The notes beneath the pieces were generated by a model, which saw only the letters and a program-made list of their open reading frames with translations, had not been told where the DNA came from and ran no database searches. 64,000 nt of DNA from a virus. The position numbers were made by a program, and so were the translations under genes. The stretch's first letter is position 1; every line of letters starts with the position of its first letter. This document shows, piece after piece, positions 1-10,384 of the stretch. The stretch lies in IMG/VR virus record IMGVR_UViG_3300035682_000025, positions 8,042 to 72,041 of that record; one strand, written 5' to 3'.

Positions 1-2466
1 AAATACAATACTAATGGAGCTGTTATATGGCAACGCTTAGTAGACAATACTACCTCTTGGACATTCGGCGGGGGATTCTGGTTCGGCTCTGATGGTGGCG
101 GCAGCAATATTGCTGTTCATAATGGTTATGTTGCTATAGCAGGCGCATTTGGTGACCCATTTGACAACCAACAGTCAACCGCAGTAGTGGTACAGATAGA
201 CACTGATGCTACGCCATTCTCAGTAGATAATTGGGACATTAAGACTGCCACATTCAGTGGGTTGTTTGACGGAACTGCTAGCGATATTACAGTAGTCAAT
301 GCTAACAAAGTACCAGGTTCGGCTGTACCGTCTGTTGACGTTTTGACAAGTAATGGAGACTTCACCGATTTCCTAACAATAACACAATATGGACTTGCTG
401 GTGGTAACGAGAGTTTAGTCAACGGTTCGTATTCGGTTAGCCTGGGAAATACTGGTACTTTAACATTACCTGCGGGTGGTACGATATCTGAAGGTTTTGT
501 AACCAGCAATCCTACTATACAAATTACACCAGCAACACCAACAGTGGCCAGCCAGAAGTTGGTGATCAAAGGTGGTAGCAATTATAATTTCACGGACAAC
601 GGCATAACCTTAAGTTATCAAGATAACACTGGGATATTTGGTGATACACTTGATTTTTATGTTAACAACGCAATCACTTATGCTAACCAAACACTCTACT
701 GGTGGATATATCCAGAGGCTGCTGGCCTAACAACCCCAAGTTCTGGCACAGTAGCACTAGATGCAAATGGTGGCGGCGGTCCTATCACTTTTACTGTAAA
801 CAACGACAACTTTGAGTTTACTGTACGCGTATCACCAGAAGAAGATAATTACGACCCTGCGAATGTGGGCGTTGAATCGGGTTTGATTAACCCTGACGAA
901 CCTGCTTTTGATGGTGACCATCACCTACACTTGACTACAGGCGACTTGACAGAGACCAGTATCTTCTTGGGCACTGACAATCACAATGTTCGCACTACAG
1001 CTGATGGTGGAATACAAGTAACTACGGAAACAACAACAGTACAATCGCCATTTACCATAACGATCACGGGTGCTGATGTTAGCGCTGTGAATTTAACCTA
1101 CACTAGAGATCCTGAGCAAGCAACTCCAACTTGGACTTCGCCTGTGGCCAATACAGCCACTGACCCGTATATAGTGTTTGTGGAAGGCGAGTATGGAATC
1201 ATTGCTCCTGACTATGATCCAGTTACACCACTTTATGTCAACACAGGAACACTGACAGTACCATTAGCACAGTGGGCTACTAATCCTCCTTATGGAAGCG
1301 TTGCTCCTCTTGGTGTCTACACATACCCTACTCCAGATGTTCACGCTTGGGCATTTGGTCCAGATGGTACTACCACATTCCCAACATTAACAGTTCCTAT
1401 CAGTGACAATGCTACACCAACTGGCACTGGGCAGATTATAAAATTTGGCGACACTACACAGCAGGCAATCATATTCGGGCCCGAATCAACAGTAAGTACT
1501 ATCAGTGCTGAACGAGTTATCATCCAAGGTGCTCCCGGATATACAGGAACTGATGGCGAAGGTGGTGACGTTTATGTATGGGCAGGACCAGGAGGAAGCC
1601 TTAACGGGTTTGGTGGTGATATTAAAGTTCGCGCTGGTCGAGGCAATGGCACGGGCGCCGGCGGATACTTAAATCTACAAGCAGGCGACAGTGGCACAAG
1701 CGCAGGCGGATACATCAATATTGAAAGTGGAGAAACGAGTACATACGGCGACGGTGGTGACATTACAGTCCAGGCCCGTAGTGGCGGCCGCATAGTATTC
1801 CGTACATACAACTCAGAAGGCAGTAGCAGAGATCTAGAATTAAACAACGCTGGTACAACAACATTCCCGGGTGCTGTAGTCAAAAGTACAGTGGCTAAAA
1901 CTGGTGCGAACCCAGCAGATATTGGTAAAGGTGAGGCCGAAACTATTACGGTATCACCTAGCAACAATACTAATCTTACCGTAGGCACAGTAAACGGCAT
2001 AGCATTTGACGCAGGGTTTACTCTTGATATCACGATTTCGGCCAACGGTGATATCAGTACCGTAGTTACTGCTAGCGATCCCGATCTAAGCGTTGGGGAT
2101 TTTGGTGTTATTGACGGTGGCGGAATCTTAGGCGGAACACAAGGAGTTGATATCACTACCTTTACCGTGGACACATTGACCAACATCATCATATCAACAC
2201 CAATAGACCTAACCAAGTCTGTCAACAAACTAACCAACGGTAATTACACACTGGCTAACGGCGTTGAGGGTCAGATCCTGTACTTGGTTAGACAGAGCGA
2301 ATCAACATACAATTCTATTATGGTAAATGTTGCCAATGCTCGTGTTTACGGTATGTTAGAAACAACCATTGACTACTATCCTTTTGACAATGGTACTTCA
2401 TTAAACATCAGTACACTGATCTTTACAGACGGTGCTTGGCAATCAGATGTCGGGTCGTGGGATTAA
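1..2466 (+). CDS. Tail fiber / adhesin protein, 5-prime partial (gene continues upstream of window)
   Basis: Frame 1 is open from nt 1 into the track ORF 187..2466 with no stop. Gly/Thr/Asn/Ser-rich, beta-rich repetitive sequence of at least 821 aa. It lies immediately upstream of the gp15-gp23 module, as for tail fiber genes in T4-like phages. Confidence 0.65.
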   Translation, partial: KYNTNGAVIWQRLVDNTTSWTFGGGFWFGSDGGGSNIAVHNGYVAIAGAFGDPFDNQQSTAVVVQIDTDATPFSVDNWDIKTATFSGLFDGTASDITVVNANKVPGSAVPSVDVLTSNGDFTDFLTITQYGLAGGNESLVNGSYSVSLGNTGTLTLPAGGTISEGFVTSNPTIQITPATPTVASQKLVIKGGSNYNFTDNGITLSYQDNTGIFGDTLDFYVNNAITYANQTLYWWIYPEAAGLTTPSSGTVALDANGGGGPITFTVNNDNFEFTVRVSPEEDNYDPANVGVESGLINPDEPAFDGDHHLHLTTGDLTETSIFLGTDNHNVRTTADGGIQVTTETTTVQSPFTITITGADVSAVNLTYTRDPEQATPTWTSPVANTATDPYIVFVEGEYGIIAPDYDPVTPLYVNTGTLTVPLAQWATNPPYGSVAPLGVYTYPTPDVHAWAFGPDGTTTFPTLTVPISDNATPTGTGQIIKFGDTTQQAIIFGPESTVSTISAERVIIQGAPGYTGTDGEGGDVYVWAGPGGSLNGFGGDIKVRAGRGNGTGAGGYLNLQAGDSGTSAGGYINIESGETSTYGDGGDITVQARSGGRIVFRTYNSEGSSRDLELNNAGTTTFPGAVVKSTVAKTGANPADIGKGEAETITVSPSNNTNLTVGTVNGIAFDAGFTLDITISANGDISTVVTASDPDLSVGDFGVIDGGGILGGTQGVDITTFTVDTLTNIIISTPIDLTKSVNKLTNGNYTLANGVEGQILYLVRQSESTYNSIMVNVANARVYGMLETTIDYYPFDNGTSLNISTLIFTDGAWQSDVGSWD

Positions 2467-2487
2467 CGGACAAGAGAACAATTTATT

Positions 2488-3243
2488 ATGAAATATCATA
2501 GAGATCAATATCTATTATTTGTATATCAAGTAATTGCCCACATTGGACTATTGCTATTACTATTTTATGGAACATGGTTACAATTACTGATATCTTTTAC
2601 GATTTATTATGTTTTAGGTACGGTAGGTGCAAGTATGACTTATCACAGATTACTCACTCATAGGTCATACACTCCGCCTAGATGGTTTGAACTACTAGGT
2701 AGTGTTGTTGGTGCATTATGTTTGATAGGAAGTCCTGTTAGTTGGGTTGCCATGCACAAACAGCACCATAGATACAGCGATCAGGAGCTGGACCCGCACA
2801 GTCCAGTTCATCACAGTTTTATTCATGTGATGTGCTTTGAAATGTTTAGTGAAGTTAATTTACGTTACGCTGCAAGTATGCTACGAGATCCAATTCAATT
2901 GTTTCTACACAAATACTACTTCTTAATACACGCTTCTATTTTTACAACATTAATAGTCGTCAATCCTTGGAGTGTAGTTTACTTATATCTAGCACCTGTT
3001 GCATTTGTTTGGACATTAGGAAACTGCGTCAATTATTTTAATCATACATCAGGGTATAGAAATCACGAAACAAAAGACAACAGCAGGAACAATCCAATAC
3101 TCGCTATACTATTTGGCGGAGAAGGATGGCATAACAATCACCACGCTAATCCTGCTAAATATTATTATGGCGAGAAGTGGTGGGAATTTGATCTAGCTGG
3201 TTTCCTGATTAAAACATTTTTAGATCGTCGGATAGATGAATAG
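2488..3243 (+). CDS. Membrane fatty-acid desaturase, delta-9 acyl-CoA/acyl-lipid type
   Basis: Three canonical His boxes (HRLLTH, HKQHH, HNNHH) spaced as in stearoyl-CoA/DesC desaturases. Four hydrophobic segments are present. RBS-like gagaac upstream. Confidence 0.75.
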   Translation: MKYHRDQYLLFVYQVIAHIGLLLLLFYGTWLQLLISFTIYYVLGTVGASMTYHRLLTHRSYTPPRWFELLGSVVGALCLIGSPVSWVAMHKQHHRYSDQELDPHSPVHHSFIHVMCFEMFSEVNLRYAASMLRDPIQLFLHKYYFLIHASIFTTLIVVNPWSVVYLYLAPVAFVWTLGNCVNYFNHTSGYRNHETKDNSRNNPILAILFGGEGWHNNHHANPAKYYYGEKWWEFDLAGFLIKTFLDRRIDE

Positions 3244-3269
3244 TTATTTCTAATATATAATAGAGATAG

Positions 3270-3279
3270 CCATAAATAT
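3270..3279 (+). promoter_or_regulatory. T4-type late promoter (CCATAAATAT) upstream of gp15
   Basis: ATAAATA core sits 20 nt upstream of the AGGAG RBS of the gp15 homolog. The same motif precedes gp18, gp19, gp21, gp22, gp23 and all three HEGs. Confidence 0.55.
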
Positions 3280-3297
3280 ATCGAATTAGGAGAATAA

Positions 3298-4098
3298 ATG
3301 CCAATTGTAAATCACTTTTATAATGGAACAACGCGGCGCTACATCGCGTTGTTCGGTTCACTATTCAATAAGATGAGTCTGACTCGTGACGATAACGCAG
3401 GCAATGAAATACAGAGAATGGTCGTTCCTATTTCATACGGACCATTTCAGAAGTTCTTGGCAAAGCTTATTCAAGATCCAGATTTGTCAAAAATTTCAGC
3501 TGTCACTCTTCCAAGAATGTCATTTGAAATTGTGTCAATGTCTTATGATGGCCCAAGAAAGACAAACAGCCGCAATACGATATCAACCAATGACGGCGCT
3601 TCTGTATTCTCTCCTGCTCCATACAATATAGAGTTTAGTCTGTATATCATGACAAAATATGCAGAAGATGGAACTAAGATTATAGAGCAAATTATCCCAT
3701 TCTTCAAGCCAGAATATACATATAGCGCTTATGTTCTTGATAATGCGCCTGCTATGGATATTCCATTGGTGCTAAATAGTGTTAGTATAGAAGATTTATA
3801 CGAAGGTGACTTTGAGACTCGCCGAACTATGATGTGGACATTAACATTCACGATGAAAGCTTGGTATTTTGGCCCAGTTCGGGAAAAGAAGCATATCAAA
3901 TTTGTAGATGTTCGATCATATACACAAATGGAACAGGGTGGCGGTTCTATTATTACGGTTCAGCCTGGATTGACCGTGAATGGCGATCCAACTAATGATA
4001 TAACTGAAACAATACCATTCCAAGAAATTGAGATTGATGATGATTGGGGTGTAATCACAATAGTAGAGGATTTAGAATATGACGGCAATCAGCAATGA
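3298..4098 (+). CDS. gp15: Tail sheath stabilizer / tail completion protein (T4 gp15 homolog)
   Basis: Blocks conserved with T4 gp15: FYNGTTRRYIALFGSLF, TLPRMSFEIVSMSYD, KIIEQIIPFFKPEY. 266 aa. Confidence 0.85.
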   Translation: MPIVNHFYNGTTRRYIALFGSLFNKMSLTRDDNAGNEIQRMVVPISYGPFQKFLAKLIQDPDLSKISAVTLPRMSFEIVSMSYDGPRKTNSRNTISTNDGASVFSPAPYNIEFSLYIMTKYAEDGTKIIEQIIPFFKPEYTYSAYVLDNAPAMDIPLVLNSVSIEDLYEGDFETRRTMMWTLTFTMKAWYFGPVREKKHIKFVDVRSYTQMEQGGGSIITVQPGLTVNGDPTNDITETIPFQEIEIDDDWGVITIVEDLEYDGNQQ

Positions 4099-4561
4099 TC
4101 CGATTGAAATGGCTCTTGGATTGAGACCCGTTGAAGATGCTATTGAATATACCGACTATAGCAATGCGTCAGCTAGCGATACAGCGGGCTCCATATCCGT
4201 CACTACTGCCACCATGCCAGCGTTGATTGCCGCTAATGCTGACGAAGATGACACGGTACAGGACATTGAACTTGCTAGGTCTAATATAAAGAACATCATA
4301 GAGCAGGGAGATGATGCGCTCAAAGAGATGATCAATCTTGCAAAGCAGTCAGAAAGCCCAAGAGCCTATGAAGTTGCCTCAACCCTGATGAAGACGCTTC
4401 TTGATGCAAACAAAGACTTTGTGGAAATGTCTACGAAGAAAAAGTATGCCAAAGAAGAAATACTTCACCCGAAAGACGAAGCAGCTACGACGAATGTTAC
4501 CAATAATAACCTGATTCTGTCAACCGCAGATTTGTTGAAGATGCTAAAGGGTGATGAATGA
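4079..4561 (+). CDS. gp16: Terminase small subunit (T4 gp16-like)
   Basis: 160 aa ORF between gp15 and gp17 homologs, overlapping both (ATGA overlap with TerL), acidic, size matches T4 gp16. RBS GAGGA upstream. Confidence 0.6.
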   Translation: MTAISNDPIEMALGLRPVEDAIEYTDYSNASASDTAGSISVTTATMPALIAANADEDDTVQDIELARSNIKNIIEQGDDALKEMINLAKQSESPRAYEVASTLMKTLLDANKDFVEMSTKKKYAKEEILHPKDEAATTNVTNNNLILSTADLLKMLKGDE

Positions 4562-6156
4562 ATATCGGGTACAACGGCAATTCAAATCTAAAAAAATCGG
4601 ACACACCTGTTGAGTGGACTCAAGAGCTTATTCAAGAATTTGCAAAGTGTGCAGCTGATCCGGTCTACTTTGCAAAGACATATATCAAGATTGTTCATGT
4701 TGACAGAGGGCTTATCCCGTTTGATATGTATGACTATCAAGAAGAAATTGTTGAGAAAATTACAAACAATCGCCGTGTTGCTGTTCTCACTGCTAGACAG
4801 TCTGGCAAGACCACCACAGCAGTTGCTGTCATTCTGCACTACATCCTATTCAATGAGTTCAAGACAGTTGCTATTCTTGCTAACAAGGGTGATGCTGCGA
4901 CCGAAGTTCTTAGCCGAATCAAACTTGCTTATGAGGCACTTCCTGCTTGGCTTCAACAGGGAGTCGAAGAATGGAACAAGACCTATATCACACTTGAAAA
5001 TGGATGCAAGATCTATGCAGGAACAACATCATCTTCTGCTATTCGTGGTAAGGCTGTAAGCTTCCTCTACCTAGACGAAGTTGCGTTCATTGAAGGGTAT
5101 GATGAATTCTTCGCATCTGTCTATCCTACCATATCATCTGGTGAGACTACCAAACTTCTCATGACATCTACCCCTAACGGGATGAATCATTTTTGGAAAA
5201 CATGTAAGGGTGCTGAAGAGGGAACGAATGGATACAAGTTTGTTCGGGTCATGTGGTATGATGTTCCGGGTCGTGGTGAAGCATGGCAACAGGAGACTAT
5301 AGAAGCACTCGACCATGACCAAGAAAAGTTCAATCAAGAATATTGCTGTCAATTTATCGGCAGTTCTGGAACCCTTATCTCTGGCCACAAGCTAAAAGAA
5401 CTTTCTCCATTTAGGCCAATTGCTCAGAGTGATGGACTACTACAATACGAGCGACCAGAAGCCGACAACACCTATGCCATTATCGTTGATGTGTCAAGAG
5501 GAAAGGGATTAGACTATTCCGCATTCTCTGTTATTGACATTACAAAAATGCCATATAAACAGGTATGTACATTTAGAGATAACATGATTGGCGTTGTGGA
5601 TTATTCTTCTGTGGTTCACAATATTGCTAAACTTTACAATGAAGCATATCTACTAATAGAAATAAATGATATTGGCGGCCAAATAGCAGATATATTGTAT
5701 TTAGATTATGGATATGAAAACATGGTATTTACTGAGAATGCTGGGCGAACCGGAAAAAGGGTTTCCGGCGGCTTTGGGAAAAATGTTGACAGGGGTATCC
5801 GTACAACTAAATCAGTGAAGTCGGTTGGGTGTTCCGTATTGAAGATGCTAATTGAACAGAACCAATTGATTGTCACTGACTTCAACACAATACAGGAGCT
5901 ATCTAGGTTTTCTCGTAAGGCGCTGTCATATGAAGCCGAATCTGGCGCTACCGATGACTTGGTAATGGGACTAGTTCTTTTTGCCTGGTTAAGCGATCAG
6001 TCTTACTTTAGAGACTTGACTGATATCAATACAATGGCAGCTCTGAGAGAGAAAACAGAAGAAGAAATCGAGAGCGACTTATTGCCCTTTGGATTCATAA
6101 ACAATGGCATTGACGATGATGATGCACCCGTAGTTCGACATGCAAACTGGCTTTGA
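4558..6156 (+). CDS. gp17: Terminase large subunit (T4 gp17 homolog)
   Basis: Walker A VLTARQSGKTT, Walker B LYLDE, C-terminal nuclease region. 532 aa, T4-like synteny. Confidence 0.9.
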   Translation: MNIGYNGNSNLKKSDTPVEWTQELIQEFAKCAADPVYFAKTYIKIVHVDRGLIPFDMYDYQEEIVEKITNNRRVAVLTARQSGKTTTAVAVILHYILFNEFKTVAILANKGDAATEVLSRIKLAYEALPAWLQQGVEEWNKTYITLENGCKIYAGTTSSSAIRGKAVSFLYLDEVAFIEGYDEFFASVYPTISSGETTKLLMTSTPNGMNHFWKTCKGAEEGTNGYKFVRVMWYDVPGRGEAWQQETIEALDHDQEKFNQEYCCQFIGSSGTLISGHKLKELSPFRPIAQSDGLLQYERPEADNTYAIIVDVSRGKGLDYSAFSVIDITKMPYKQVCTFRDNMIGVVDYSSVVHNIAKLYNEAYLLIEINDIGGQIADILYLDYGYENMVFTENAGRTGKRVSGGFGKNVDRGIRTTKSVKSVGCSVLKMLIEQNQLIVTDFNTIQELSRFSRKALSYEAESGATDDLVMGLVLFAWLSDQSYFRDLTDINTMAALREKTEEEIESDLLPFGFINNGIDDDDAPVVRHANWL

Positions 6157-6188
6157 TTGCCAGAGAAGCTTGACTCAAAGCGAGAAAA

Positions 6189-6198
6189 TCATAAATAA
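6189..6198 (+). promoter_or_regulatory. T4-type late promoter (TCATAAATAA) upstream of gp18
   Basis: ATAAATA core about 50 nt upstream of the sheath gene start. Confidence 0.5.
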
Positions 6199-6249
6199 CT
6201 AAAAGAAGATTGAGCAATCAAAACAACCCGTCAAAAGGAGACAAAACAC

Positions 6250-8130
6250 ATGGTTTTTTCCGTTAGTCCATCCATTACAGTAAGAGAAGTTGACCTTACT
6301 ACTACCGTTCCTGCTATTACAACTCCGCCTGCTGCTATTGCTGGCGTGTTCAATTGGGGGCCAGTCAATGAAAGAGTTTTGATTTCTTCTGAAATTGAGC
6401 TCGCAAATATATTCGGAAAGCCAACAGACGATAATTATGAAACATTTTTCTCGGCTGCTGACTTTCTATCATATTCTAACGCATTGTATGTCACCCGCGT
6501 TGTTTCTGATACCGCAAATACAGCAAGTTCAACTTACTTTGAAGCAAAATATCCAGGTGAGCTTGGTAATTCTTTAGCAGTATCTGTCGTCACTGCTGCC
6601 AATGATGATATAGAAGACCCGATTGCTTTTAGTGCTCCTGCTTGGACCGCAACTAAAGTTGTTGGGACGGTATCGGAGCTTCAGACAAACCCCGCAGACG
6701 AGGTCGCTGGAATGGCGTTTGGAACAACAGTTCTATATGTTACGACCTTAGCAGCAACACTAGATATCAAATCTGATGATGTTATCCACATATCTTCCGA
6801 CATATATGGCGCACAGGAAATTTCTGTATCCAATTTTGACGATAATATCACAAATGCAAACACAACTCCATACATTCATAAGATTACGCTATCTGGAAAA
6901 TATACACTACCAGAAACCGATCCAACTGATTTGACTTTCAGCCGCAGATGGGGATTTTCTAGTGCAGTTGGTGCAGCTCCTTCTGCTGGTCGTATGCATA
7001 TTATAGTGTATGATAACGATGGTAATATTACAGGTACTGCTGGCCAGATCATTGAAAAGTATGAAAATGTTTCGGCCGAACCTACTTCTAAACTAGCAGA
7101 CGGCACGAACAACTACTATAAGGATGTTCTCAGCACAAAATCATCTTATATCGTCGCTTTGGATTCAACCTCAATTGATACTGAAGACCAATTGCGTCAA
7201 GGCGACGTGCTCGCATCTGGCGCGAATGGTGAAAGCGAAAGCGAGATTGTTCTTGGCAAAATTGCGCAGGGATATGACCTATATAAAGAAGCTAACGAGG
7301 TTGATGTTTCATTTGCAATTCAAGGAAGACCATCTCTGAATCTTGCGAATTATCTGATTTCAAATCTGGCTGAATATCGCAAGGATTGTATGGTATTTGT
7401 TTCTCCAACTAAAGCTGATGTTGTTGATGTTGCATCACCACAGACACAGTTGACGAATATTCTTGCTTATCGCGCCGACCTTCAGAATTCTTCCTATTGG
7501 TTCATGGATTCTGGTTACAAGTATCGCTATGACAAGTACAATGATGTATTTCGTTGGGTTCCTCTGAATGGGGATATGGCTGGTCTTGCCTCACTTGTTC
7601 AGCCATGGGAGTCGCCAGCTGGTTATAGAAAGGGTCGCGTTCGTAATGTGATCAAACTCGCATTCAATCCAAATAAGGCTCAGCGCGATCAGCTATATGG
7701 AAAAGATGTCAACCCAGTCATTACACAATCTGGCCAGGGAACAATTCTTTTTGGTGACAAGACTGGATTTGGCACCGCAACCGGAAGCGCGTTTACTCGC
7801 ATCAATGTCCGTCGCTTGTTCATCACGGTGGAAAAGGCAATTGCTACAATATCTGCTCAACTATTGTTTGAATTCAATGACGAATTCACGCAAAATCAGT
7901 TTCGTCAGATTGTTGACCCATTCCTTCGTGACATTCAGGGTCGCCGTGGTATTATTGACTTCCGTGTTGTTTCGGATGCAACCGTGAACACCCCACAGAT
8001 AATCGATATGAACACTTTCCGTGCAAACATCTTTATCAAACCTTCACGTTCCATAAATTACATCGAATTGACTTTTGTGGCAACCAGAACTGGCGTTGAA
8101 TTTGAAGAGATTGTCGGCCAACAGTTCTGA
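6250..8130 (+). CDS. gp18: Tail sheath protein (T4 gp18 homolog)
   Basis: Strong conservation with T4 gp18, e.g. YRYDKYNDVFRWVPLNGDMAGL, SPAGYRKGRVRNVIKLA, AQRDQLYGKDVNPV, TRINVRRLF, INYIELTFVATRTGVEFEE. Confidence 0.9.
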   Translation: MVFSVSPSITVREVDLTTTVPAITTPPAAIAGVFNWGPVNERVLISSEIELANIFGKPTDDNYETFFSAADFLSYSNALYVTRVVSDTANTASSTYFEAKYPGELGNSLAVSVVTAANDDIEDPIAFSAPAWTATKVVGTVSELQTNPADEVAGMAFGTTVLYVTTLAATLDIKSDDVIHISSDIYGAQEISVSNFDDNITNANTTPYIHKITLSGKYTLPETDPTDLTFSRRWGFSSAVGAAPSAGRMHIIVYDNDGNITGTAGQIIEKYENVSAEPTSKLADGTNNYYKDVLSTKSSYIVALDSTSIDTEDQLRQGDVLASGANGESESEIVLGKIAQGYDLYKEANEVDVSFAIQGRPSLNLANYLISNLAEYRKDCMVFVSPTKADVVDVASPQTQLTNILAYRADLQNSSYWFMDSGYKYRYDKYNDVFRWVPLNGDMAGLASLVQPWESPAGYRKGRVRNVIKLAFNPNKAQRDQLYGKDVNPVITQSGQGTILFGDKTGFGTATGSAFTRINVRRLFITVEKAIATISAQLLFEFNDEFTQNQFRQIVDPFLRDIQGRRGIIDFRVVSDATVNTPQIIDMNTFRANIFIKPSRSINYIELTFVATRTGVEFEEIVGQQF

Positions 8131-8141
8131 GAATAAATATA
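8131..8141 (+). promoter_or_regulatory. T4-type late promoter (GAATAAATATA) upstream of gp19
   Basis: ATAAATA core 24 nt upstream of the gp19 start, followed by RBS AGGAG. Confidence 0.5.
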
Positions 8142-8163
8142 GCAAACAACAGGAGATAACGAT

Positions 8164-8700
8164 ATGAGCTTCTCAATAAATCAATTTAAGTCTGAACTAG
8201 TGGGGGGTGGTGCGCGCCCCTCACTCTTCCAAGTTCAAATCACAAACCCAATTCTTGGTGTCGCTGACTTCAAAGTTCCATTCATGGTAAAAGCAGCTGC
8301 GCTTCCTGCTTCTACTCTTGGAACTTATGTCGTGCCATATTTTGGCCGTGACATCAAATACGCTGGAGACAGAACTTTCGAAGATTGGGAAGTGACGATA
8401 ATCAACGATGAAGACTTCTCAATTCGCAATGCTATGGAAGCATGGTCAAACGCAATCAATTCGCACATTTCAAATACGAGAGCACTTCCACAGCAGTATA
8501 AATCTGACGCCATCATTACACAATATGGCAAAGACGGGCAGACTCTTCGCATCTATAACTTCCAAGGCATACATCCACTAACTATAGGTAGTATTGCGAT
8601 GCAATGGGATACAAAAGATACTATTGAAGAATTTACCGTATCATTCCAGTACGATCTTTGGAATATTGTTGGTGGAACCACCGGAAATCCTATAACCTGA
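8164..8700 (+). CDS. gp19: Tail tube protein (T4 gp19 homolog)
   Basis: ARPSLFQV, AAALPAS, AGDRTFEDWEVTIINDED, SDAIITQYGKDG and EEFTVSFQYDLW blocks match T4 gp19. Confidence 0.9.
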   Translation: MSFSINQFKSELVGGGARPSLFQVQITNPILGVADFKVPFMVKAAALPASTLGTYVVPYFGRDIKYAGDRTFEDWEVTIINDEDFSIRNAMEAWSNAINSHISNTRALPQQYKSDAIITQYGKDGQTLRIYNFQGIHPLTIGSIAMQWDTKDTIEEFTVSFQYDLWNIVGGTTGNPIT

Positions 8701-8719
8701 TATAAGAGGTCTATATAAT

Positions 8720-10384
8720 ATGCAACTTTTTGGCTACGAGATCCTCAGAAAACGGGATAAAGAAGAACAACCAAAATCCTTTGCGCCGCCGTTGAATGAC
8801 GACGGCGCAGTAAACGTAGAATCCACCGCTGTTGGTGGAGCCTACGGCTACTTTCTGGACATTGAAGGATCTGCAAAAACAGAATCCGAGTTAGTTACGC
8901 GCTATAGGTCTATGGCACTTCAGCCAGAAATCCAGCAGGCAGTTGATGAAATTGTCAACGAGGCTATCAACATTGATTATAATGAAAGAGCTGCCGAGAT
9001 TGTGTTGGAAGAGACTGAGCTTCCTTCTAAAGTCAAGGAAGTCATAGCTGAAGAATTTGATAATATTCTTCGTCTGCTGGACTTTTCAAATCAAGGCTAT
9101 GAAATATTCCAAAGATTCTTCGTTGATGGTCGTATCAACTATCATGTTATCATAGATGAGAAAAATGTCAACAAAGGAGTTGTCGAACTTCGGTATCTTG
9201 ACCCAAGAAAAATTCGACTCATTCGTGAAAGTGATTCCACCGAAAGAGATAAGAATACTGGTGTTCCTTTCCGCAAGATAAAAAAGGAATACTACATGTA
9301 TTCCGAAACTGGGTTTGGATCAGCTACGAGCCGGGCTGGCGGAGATATGCAATCCATTACTGGATTTCGTATCGCCAAAGACTCTATTGCTCGCGTTACA
9401 TCTGGATTGATGAATGAGACCCAGACGCTTGTGCTATCTCACTTACATAGAGCAATCAAACCACTAAACCAGCTTCGAGTTCTAGAAGATGCGACGATCA
9501 TCTATACTCTAACAAGAGCACCAGAGCGGCGCGTTTTCTATGTTGACGTTGGTAACTTGCCAAAGGCGAAGGCAGAGCAATATCTCGCTGACATGATGGC
9601 TCGTCACAAGAACAAACTAAACTATAACTCGGCAACTGGCGAAGTTGGTGACACTCGTAAATTCATGACTATGACGGAAGATTTTTGGTTCCCTCGCCGT
9701 GAAGGAAACAGATCAACCGAAGTTGATACCCTACCTGGTGGTGGAGCTGCCTTTGGTGACAACGATAACCTTGCTTATTTTCAGAAGAAACTATATAAAT
9801 CACTTGGCGTTCCGGTATCACGACTTGAACCAGAGACTATGTATTCATTTGGTCGTGTTTCTGAAATGACTAGAGATGAACTTCGCTTCTCAAAGTTTAT
9901 TCGCCGTTTGCGTGTCCGATTCTCTATCCTATTTGATACTATTCTAGAAAAGCAGCTTATTCTAAAGGGCATTCTAACGCCAGAAGAATGGCTTGAAATC
10001 AAGGATAAAATACGCTACGATTTTATGAAAGACAATTATTTTGAAGAACTAAAACAGATGGAAATTCTTCGCGAGAAAGTTTCCATGCTTCGTGATATTG
10101 ATGATAATGTTGGTAAATACTTCTCTCGTAACTGGGTGCAAAAACATGTGCTGTTTATGAATGACGAAACCATTGAAGAAATGACAGCCGAAATAGATGC
10201 CGAACGCGCTGCTGGGATCTATCGCGACCCAGATGAGCCACCTCCAGAAGATGCTCTACCACCAGAGGATGATGGTGCTGGCGAGGCACCTCCAGAGGAT
10301 GAGCCAACAGAAGAGCAGAACAATTTATTGATAAATAGCACAAAGTTTGACAAATATAAACAAAGTCGGAGAAAATTCAGATGA
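8720..10384 (+). CDS. gp20: Portal vertex protein (T4 gp20-like)
   Basis: 554 aa ORF at the gp20 position between tail tube and prohead protease. Acidic Pro/Glu-rich C-terminus. Confidence 0.75.
   Translation: MQLFGYEILRKRDKEEQPKSFAPPLNDDGAVNVESTAVGGAYGYFLDIEGSAKTESELVTRYRSMALQPEIQQAVDEIVNEAINIDYNERAAEIVLEETELPSKVKEVIAEEFDNILRLLDFSNQGYEIFQRFFVDGRINYHVIIDEKNVNKGVVELRYLDPRKIRLIRESDSTERDKNTGVPFRKIKKEYYMYSETGFGSATSRAGGDMQSITGFRIAKDSIARVTSGLMNETQTLVLSHLHRAIKPLNQLRVLEDATIIYTLTRAPERRVFYVDVGNLPKAKAEQYLADMMARHKNKLNYNSATGEVGDTRKFMTMTEDFWFPRREGNRSTEVDTLPGGGAAFGDNDNLAYFQKKLYKSLGVPVSRLEPETMYSFGRVSEMTRDELRFSKFIRRLRVRFSILFDTILEKQLILKGILTPEEWLEIKDKIRYDFMKDNYFEELKQMEILREKVSMLRDIDDNVGKYFSRNWVQKHVLFMNDETIEEMTAEIDAERAAGIYRDPDEPPPEDALPPEDDGAGEAPPEDEPTEEQNNLLINSTKFDKYKQSRRKFR

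Noticed and set aside
3386-5059. Nested/antisense track ORFs inside gp15-gp17 (3386-3631, 4588-4839, 4610-5059, 5134-5388)
   Set aside because: Embedded in or antisense to strongly supported T4-homologous genes. No RBS. Typical spurious frames.
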